From Antedon mediterranea (lineage: Eukaryota > Animalia > Echinodermata), in contig NC_092678.1 in assembly GCF_964355755.1 (NCBI RefSeq), positions 4,108,422 to 4,172,421 of the forward strand: a stretch of DNA of 64,000 nt, given 5' to 3'. Positions 56,681 through 64,000 of this stretch are shown one piece after another (position 1 is the first letter of the stretch; every line of letters begins with the position of its first letter). Position numbers and translations under genes: made by a program. The notes beneath the pieces are model-generated. The model did no database searches. It had not been told where the DNA came from and saw only the letters and a program-made list of their open reading frames with translations.

Positions 56681-59110
56681 TTACATCGCATTTGCATACA
56701 TCATTTTTAATTTGTCCATATCCATTTTCATAACAATATTTATAGTATGGATCTTAGACACTTTGTTGTTCCAATCGGTCACCATTTTTCCTCGTGATAA
56801 GCTACCTTGCAGCTCAATCTGTACATGTACATGTTCCAACTTAGTCACACATGACTTATCAACAAGATAGGCTATTGCATATATGTCGTATGGCACATAT
56901 GGGTCCTTTTCACCCCTCTCGCGTTGTAGACAATATTCAGTAATGGCTTTGACAAATTTTGCTTTTTTGTTATCTCGTGATACCAGATCTTTGAAGTAAT
57001 TCTACAAAATAAATAATAGTAAAATCAATTGTTCAATAATCTTGGCTCTACTAAACTGATCAGTAATTTGATTTCTAATTGGACTTACAGAATTAGGGGT
57101 GTGTAGTTGTGTGTGTGTGTGTTATTGTTTAAAAGTGTACATAAACTGAAAATTCCCTCTTTTTAAAAGGACCAGCAAAATACTTGTACAGGTCACTCAA
57201 CAATGGCTCTTTGTAACTGTGACAATGACAGTACAGTATAATAGGTAACTGTATATTGCTGTTTGCTCTACTAAGCAAACTCTACAGTACTTTAAAGATG
57301 TACAGTATTGTCCCCCAAAATTAGGTAAGTTATAAGTTGACAAAATAAATGCTTTATTTGACTTTGTTGCTTCAAATTACAGTTAAAGATGTATTGTCCC
57401 CTGAAAAATAATTTTTAAAATTTTTGTTGTTGAATATGTTATTTTAATGTCACATAATAGTTATCCACTTTGACCAAAAATTGGATCTCAAAACAATGTA
57501 TTTACCTGAAAAACTGTAATTTAAAGCAAAAAGTGGTTAAATTGGCTGCCAGCCAATGGATTTTTGATTGAATTTAACCATTTATTATGTTATTTTATAA
57601 GTGAAAACATTATTTTTGGGGGTTTTTTTTCTACGGAAGTGATTAACTTTATTAAAACTACAAAATAACTTATTCAAAGTCTGATTTAATTAATCTTCAT
57701 TTTCATGTTTTTGAGGGACAATACATCTTTAAGGTTTCAGGTAAATTTATCGATCCAATTTTTGGTCAAAGTAGATAACGATTATGTGACATTAAAATAG
57801 CATATTCAACAACATAAGCATATTTTTTCAGGGGACAATACATCTGTAAGGCAAACAATTTAACTTACAATTGGCAACCCATGTCGAGTACAGATTTCAA
57901 ATGGCAGAATAATTACTGGGCATACGCTAGCATTAAATACCACGTGGGCTGCCTCTGGGTCACAGGTAAAATTGAATTCCGACGTGATATATGATAAGGC
58001 TTTCCCTTGAAAAGAAGAAAACCACAATTTTAATGTTACGTTATATAGTATACAAAATTACCCATTGTTAATCTTTATCTCGTCACGTCTCATTGCAGTT
58101 TGCATTGTAGTAATAACAATCATCAGATTATCTATAATATACCTTCCAATTCTCCACCCATTATTACAATCTCCTTTACTTTCTCTGTGAAATGTGGATC
58201 TAGTTTCATGGCGATTGCGATGTTTGTCAACGGACCAATAGCAGCTATGCTGATCTCTCCAGGTCTCTCGTTTACCATTCTCACTAGAGCAATGGCTGCC
58301 ACTTCTTCCTTTATCAACTTGATGTCAGGTTGAGGTATTTCTTTTACATTTCCTAGGCCATCTTCACCATGATAATACCCTGCTCTTTCTTCGTGGCCAA
58401 GAATTGAAGTTGATGCTCCTTTGTATACTGGAATCTGAAATAGTTACTTACTTAATTAGGTAGAGTTACCGATGATTATTGTGTTCAAATAGTTATTTAA
58501 AAAAAGTAGTATTTTAGTAGTTTCCAATGTACGCCTAATGACAGATGTTTTTTTACAACAATGTTTATGAAACAAAAAATACATGGTGTAAAATAATAAT
58601 AATTTATTTGGAAGATACACTTTTTTTTTGACAATTGTAAATTATGTACAAATATAAAAGTAACAAATAATACAATAGTATAACAATAGTTCAATCTTAT
58701 GTGGTGGGAGAGTCATTTAGAAGGTTCATCCTGCACCCCAATAAAATATAACATAACACATACACATATAGTCTGCAATAGTTTACACTTCCAAAATTCA
58801 GCGTTGGTGCAAATATGTGATAGATCTGATTTTATTTTATTTATTTATTCGTATTGTATTTTACGTTTTACGAGAATAAATAAAGATTGATTTAATACAA
58901 TATAAATGTTTGTAGCGTACTCACATCAAGTCTGTCACAAACTTTAAGAACCTTAAGTGTGTTGATGCATACTTTATCAATACCAACATTACCTGCAACG
59001 CAGGTGATAGCAAGTAACTCGATGTGGGGCGTTGCTAGGGCCAACATAATAGCCTGAGCATCATCAACTCCAACATCACAATCAATTATCAAGTTCACTT
59101 GATCCACCAT
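56681..59110 (-). CDS. Nucleoside hydrolase paralog C; 4 coding exons
   Basis: Exons 59110-58925, 58434-58143, 58005-57869, 57001-56681. Motifs: DCDVGVDD, YHGEDG, GPLTN, EFNFTCDPEA, VPYD. Confidence 0.92.
57387..57728. mobile_element. TTAA-targeting MITE, same TIR family as 55621..56105; extra inverted partial copy extends to 57845
   Basis: ttaa|AGATGTATTGTCCC...GGGACAATACATCT|ttaa. Confidence 0.8.
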
Positions 59111-59234
59111 TATTAGTTTTAAATTATTCCTGTAACGTAAAGATGAAAAATAATAAGTAAATTGAGGTGCCATCAAATAAGATGCCTCTCCAATATTTGT
59201 TATTTTATACCATGTATCCTATAAAACTCAATCT

Positions 59235-59510
59235 GCATTACTTGCCTGTCTGTAATAATGTTTTCCGATCCCAGTTTTTTTTAGTATTGGCAGTATGTCT
59301 TCTTCTTCTTCCAATTTAGTGCAAACTTCAGACTTGAAGACTATAGCACTTTGGTGGGATGTGATGCGAGTGAGTTAGTTTTCGTATAGAACCCCCTTAA
59401 ATGATTTAAAAGTTGGTGCCTTTACAGTTGATTCTGCTAGGATGTTCCAATCTCTTGACGTTCTGGGAAAGAAGGACATTCGATGATAGTCCCGACTTGA
59501 GCGTGGAATG
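59235..59510 (-). mobile_element. CR1/L2-type LINE extreme 3' fragment
   Basis: The minus strand of 59510-59397 reads IPRSSRDYHRMSFFPRTSRDWNILAESTV..FKSFK (SFFPRT..WN.L motif). Confidence 0.65.
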
Positions 59511-60209
59511 TGTTTTGTTTAAAAGCCTACAAACATATAAAGGTTTATAAATTCAACCTTGCAGTAAGTACTGCTATACAATTGTAAATGAAAGTGCTAT
59601 TCAAATACGGAACACTTGATTAGATTTGTTCTTTCCTGTTAAAAATTGAATGCACTGCATGGGTAACTTCTGATTGGCTTGACCGGTCCCTTAGATTTTT
59701 TAAACATTTAACCTGTCAAAATTGGAGGTATCCCGACAGCAGTGTCACTGTAACACAAATCTGCTTCATTGGGACTGCTATACAATTTATAGTAGTACAG
59801 TTTCTAGGTGGCCTTGTACCTTGTAATTTATCTAAGGGGGTGATGATGATTCCCTACAAAACTACGTTGATATATTTAAACAAATTAAATAATATCCTTT
59901 CTGCCAAATGGTAAATTTAGTCGGAAATAAATCTTCTACTTAAGTGGAGTACTATTCACCATACACTAATTTTTGTGCTTTTAAAAACAAATTAAAAACA
60001 TATACAATATTTTAGCTTTTTTGGAACAAATTGCATAATAATTGTATTTTAAAAAGTCATTTTTTTTTGGGAAAATTCCTGTACTTCTATATGGTAATTT
60101 TAATGGTTATTTTATTTTTAAGGCTGTTTATCGTCAGTCATCAGCATTGACTAAAGATTGTCTCAAGTTGAGGTCGTCGATGGGTACCGTCAAACCAAAT
60201 TTTGAGCAA

Positions 60210-63200
60210 AAAGATGAGCAGAGCTGTACGCTTCTACCCTACAATGTTTGTGGTATAGTGACAGCGATTGGTGGAAGATAAATGAGCGGAGCTGTACATG
60301 TCTAGTCTGTGATTCATTTATTGGAAAGCGAGTGGTAGATAAAAGACAGATGAGCGGAGCTGTACGCATCTAGCCTACAATGTTTGTGGTACAGTGACAG
60401 CAATTGGTGGAAGATAAATGAGCAGAGCTGTACACGTCTAATCTGTGATTCATTTGTTGGAAAGTCAGATCAAGCCTACACTTTTTTTGTGGTGCAGTGA
60501 AAGCGTCTAGTCTGTGATTCATTTATTGTAAAGGGAGTGGTAGATCAAGACAGATGAGCGGAGCTGTACGCATCTAGCCTACAATGTTTGTGGTACAGTG
60601 ACAGCGAGTGGTAGATCAAGACAGATGAGCGGAGCTGTACGCATCTAGCCTACAATGTTTGTGGTACAGTGACAGCGAGTGGTAGATCAAGACAGATGAG
60701 CGGAGCTGTACGCATCTAGCCTACAATGTTTGTGGTACAGTGACAGCGAGTGGTAGATCAAGACAGATGAGCGGAGCTGTACGCATCTAGCCTACAATGT
60801 TTGTGGTACAGTGACAGCGAGTGGTAGATCAAGACAGATGAGCGGAGCTGTACGCATCTAGCCTACAATGTTTGTGGTACAGTGACAGCGAGTGGTAGAT
60901 CAAGACAGATGAGCGGAGCTGTACGCATCTAGCCTACAATGTTTGTGGTACAGTGACAGCGAGTGGTAGATCAAGACAGATGAGCGGAGCTGTACGCATC
61001 TAGCCTACAATGTTTGTGGTACAGTGACAGCGAGTGGTAGATCAAGACAGATGAGCGGAGCTGTACGCATCTAGCCTACAATGTTTGTGGTACAGTGACA
61101 GCGAGTGGTAGATCAAGACAGATGAGCGGAGCTGTACGCATCTAGCCTACAATGTTTGTGGTACAGTGACAGCGAGTGGTAGATCAAGACAGATGAGCGG
61201 AGCTGTACGCATCTAGCCTACAATGTTTGTGGTACAGTGACAGCGAGTGGTAGATCAAGACAGATGAGCGGAGCTGTACGCATCTAGCCTACAATGTTTG
61301 TGGTACAGTGACAGCGAGTGGTAGATCAAGACAGATGAGCGGAGCTGTACGCATCTAGCCTACAATGTTTGTGGTACAGTGACAGCGAGTGGTAGATCAA
61401 GACAGATGAGCGGAGCTGTACGCATCTTGCTTACAATGTTTGTGGTACAGTGACAGCGAGTGGTAGATCAAGACAGATGAGCGGAGCTGTACGCATCTAG
61501 CCTACAATGTTTGTGGTACAGTGACAGCGAGTGGTAGATCAAGACAGATGAGCGGAGCTGTACGCATCTAGCCTACAATGTTTGTGGTACAGTGACAGCG
61601 AGTGGTAGATCAAAACAGATGAGCGGAGCTGTACGCATCTAGCCTACAATGTTTGTGGTACAGTGACAGCGAGTGGTAGATCAAGACAGATGAGCGGAGC
61701 TGTACGCATCTAGCCTACAATGTTTGTGGTACAGTGACAGCGAGTGGTAGATCAAGACAGATGAGCGGAGCTGTACGCATCTAGCCTACAATGTTTGTGG
61801 TACAGTGACAGCGAGTGGTAGATCAAGACAGATGAGCGGAGCTGTACGCATCTAGCCTACAATGTTTGTGGTACAGTGACAGCGAGTGGTAGATCAAGAC
61901 AGATGAGCGGAGCTGTACGCATCTAGCCTACAATGTTTGTGGTACAGTGACAGCGAGTGGTAGATCAAGACAGATGAGCGGAGCTGTACGCATCTAGCCT
62001 ACAATGTTTGTGGTACAGTGACAGCGAGTGGTAGATCAAGACAGATGAGCGGAGCTGTACGCATCTAGCCTACAATGTTTGTGGTACAGTGACAGCGAGT
62101 GGTAGATCAAGACAGATGAGCGGAGCTGTACGCATCTAGCCTACAATGTTTGTGGTACAGTGACAGCGAGTGGTAGATCAAGACAGATGAGCGGAGCTGT
62201 ACGCATCTAGCCTACAATGTTTGTGGTACAGTGACAGCGAGTGGTAGATCAAGGCAGATGAGCGGAGCTGTACGCATCTAGCCTACAATGTTTGTGGTAC
62301 AGTGACAGCGAGTGGTAGATCAAGGCAGATGAGCGGAGCTGTACGCATCTAGCCTACAATGTTTGTGGTACAGTGACAGCGAGTGGTAGATCAAGACAGA
62401 TGAGCGGAGCTGTACGCATCTAGCCTACAATGTTTGTGGTACAGTGACAGCGAGTGGTAGATCAAGACAGATGAGCGGAGCTGTACGCATCTAGCCTACA
62501 ATGTTTGTGGTACAGTGACAGCGAGTGGTAGATCAAGACAGATGAGCGGAGCTGTACGCATCTAGCCTACAATGTTTGTGGTACAGTGACAGCGAGTGGT
62601 AGATCAAGACAGATGAGCGGAGCTGTACGCATCTAGCCTACAATGTTTGTGATACAGTGACAGCGAGTGGTAGATCAAGACAGATGAGCGGAGCTGTACG
62701 CATCTAGCCTACAATGTTTGTGGTACAGTGACAGCGAGTGGTAGATCAAGACAGATGAGCGGAGCTGTACGCATCTAGCCTACAATGTTTGTGGTACAGT
62801 GACAGCGAGTGGTAGATCAAGACAGATGAGCGGAGCTGTACGCATCTAGCCTACAATGTTTGTGGTACAGTGACAGCGAGTGGTAGATCAAGACAGATGA
62901 GCGGAGCTGTACGCATCTAGCCTACAATGTTTGTGGTACAGTGACAGCGAGTGGTAGATCAAGACAGATGAGCGGAGCTGTACGCATCTAGCCTACAATG
63001 TTTGTGGTACAGTGACAGCGAGTGGTAGATCAAGACAGATGAGCGGAGCTGTACGCATCTAGCCTACAATGTTTGTGGTACAGTGACAGCGAGTGGTAGA
63101 ACAAGACAGATGAGCGGAGCTGTACGCATCTAGCCTACAATGTTTGTGGTACAGTGACAGCGAGTGGTAGATCAAGACAGATGAGCGGAGCTGTACGCAT

Positions 63201-63340
63201 CTAGCCTACAATGTTTGTGGTACAGTGACAGCGAGTGGTAGATCAAGACAGATGAGCGGAGCTGTACGCATCTAGCCTACAATGTTTGTGGTACAGTGAC
63301 AGCGAGTGGTAGATCAAGACAGATGAGCGGAGCTGTATGC
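60210..63340. repeat. 71-bp satellite array, ~39 near-identical copies (60536-63337) with a degenerate left edge
   Basis: Unit agacagatgagcggagctgtacgcatctagcctacaatgtttgtggtacagtgacagcgagtggtagatca. Confidence 0.97.
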
Positions 63341-64000
63341 CTCTAGTTATTGCCTGTTTATTAATAATTTTGTCATGTTGTAAATGTTGTATACTTGAAG
63401 TATTTATGAGTTGTTACTCGTAGTAGATACTAAATGAATAAATACTTGGACAATCTTAATTATTCATTGGTTCATTCGTTCATTTATTTCCAACCCAAGA
63501 AAAAGAATAACTAAAGGTTAGCTCAAAGGTTAAAGTTCAGAGGTCAAATGACAGGTTGTTACCTTTTAACTTTGACCTCTGAACTTTAACCTTTGACATT
63601 TAGTATTTCACAAATACTGAAACATTTTCATTACATTATATTAAAAATATATAGAGTTTCATGACAATTCTACACGACTCTATAGCTCACTATGTCGGTC
63701 GGTTGGTCGGTAAACACTAACTTGAGCAAACGACTGTTATTTATGGCCCTTTAGTATTTTGAGTTGCTCTACCAAGTTGGACTTGTTTAGCATTTGATCC
63801 AAACTGGAGTGTACTAATTGACTCGCTCTGGTTCTTCTCATCTGGACTCACGTTAACAAACAAACATGCCTACAAAGAAATTTAGTATACAAATAAAAAA
63901 CAAAATTGATCACATTATAGTATATTAACTCTGAAAAAAGACGAGGATATGCTTGATATGCAAACATCCTAACCATTGGACCACTTGGGCTTTCATGGTA

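Noticed and set aside
40707-59110. Recent horizontal transfer of bacterial nucleoside hydrolases
   Set aside because: All three copies have spliceosomal introns at shared positions and host-like composition, and the family is known in invertebrates.
60536-63337. CRISPR-like array
   Set aside because: Units are contiguous and identical with no unique spacers, there are no cas genes, and the context is eukaryotic.

Overview
This is an AT-rich, intron-containing animal (invertebrate-type) genomic window, not prokaryotic. Spliced genes reconstructed by eye from GT-AG boundaries, in order: an ABHD14-family hydrolase (+); a CUB-CUB-LDLa-EGF-EGF-TM receptor-like gene with several apparent frameshifts or stops (-); dihydrolipoamide dehydrogenase DLD (+, 12 exons); a non-RD IRAK1/Pelle-type death-domain kinase (-, 13 coding exons); and three paralogous nucleoside hydrolases (two +, one -). 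The second and third hydrolases flank a duplicated kinesin-14 pseudogene interrupted by a 5'-truncated CR1-type LINE with intact ORF2. Introns and intergenic DNA hold many MITEs, LINE 3' fragments and minisatellites, and a 71-bp satellite lies near the right end. Best leads: (1) a PA-X-like UUU_CGU +1 frameshift motif exactly where CR1 ORF1 overlaps an AUG-less ORF2; (2) a ~190-bp gene-conversion-like tract shared by all three hydrolases, while the residue before their C-terminal catalytic Asp differs (W/C/Y); (3) two identical NF-kB sites around the IRAK start in a head-to-head IRAK/hydrolase arrangement; (4) locally templated patchwork insertions. All coordinates and counts were done by hand; no database search was run.
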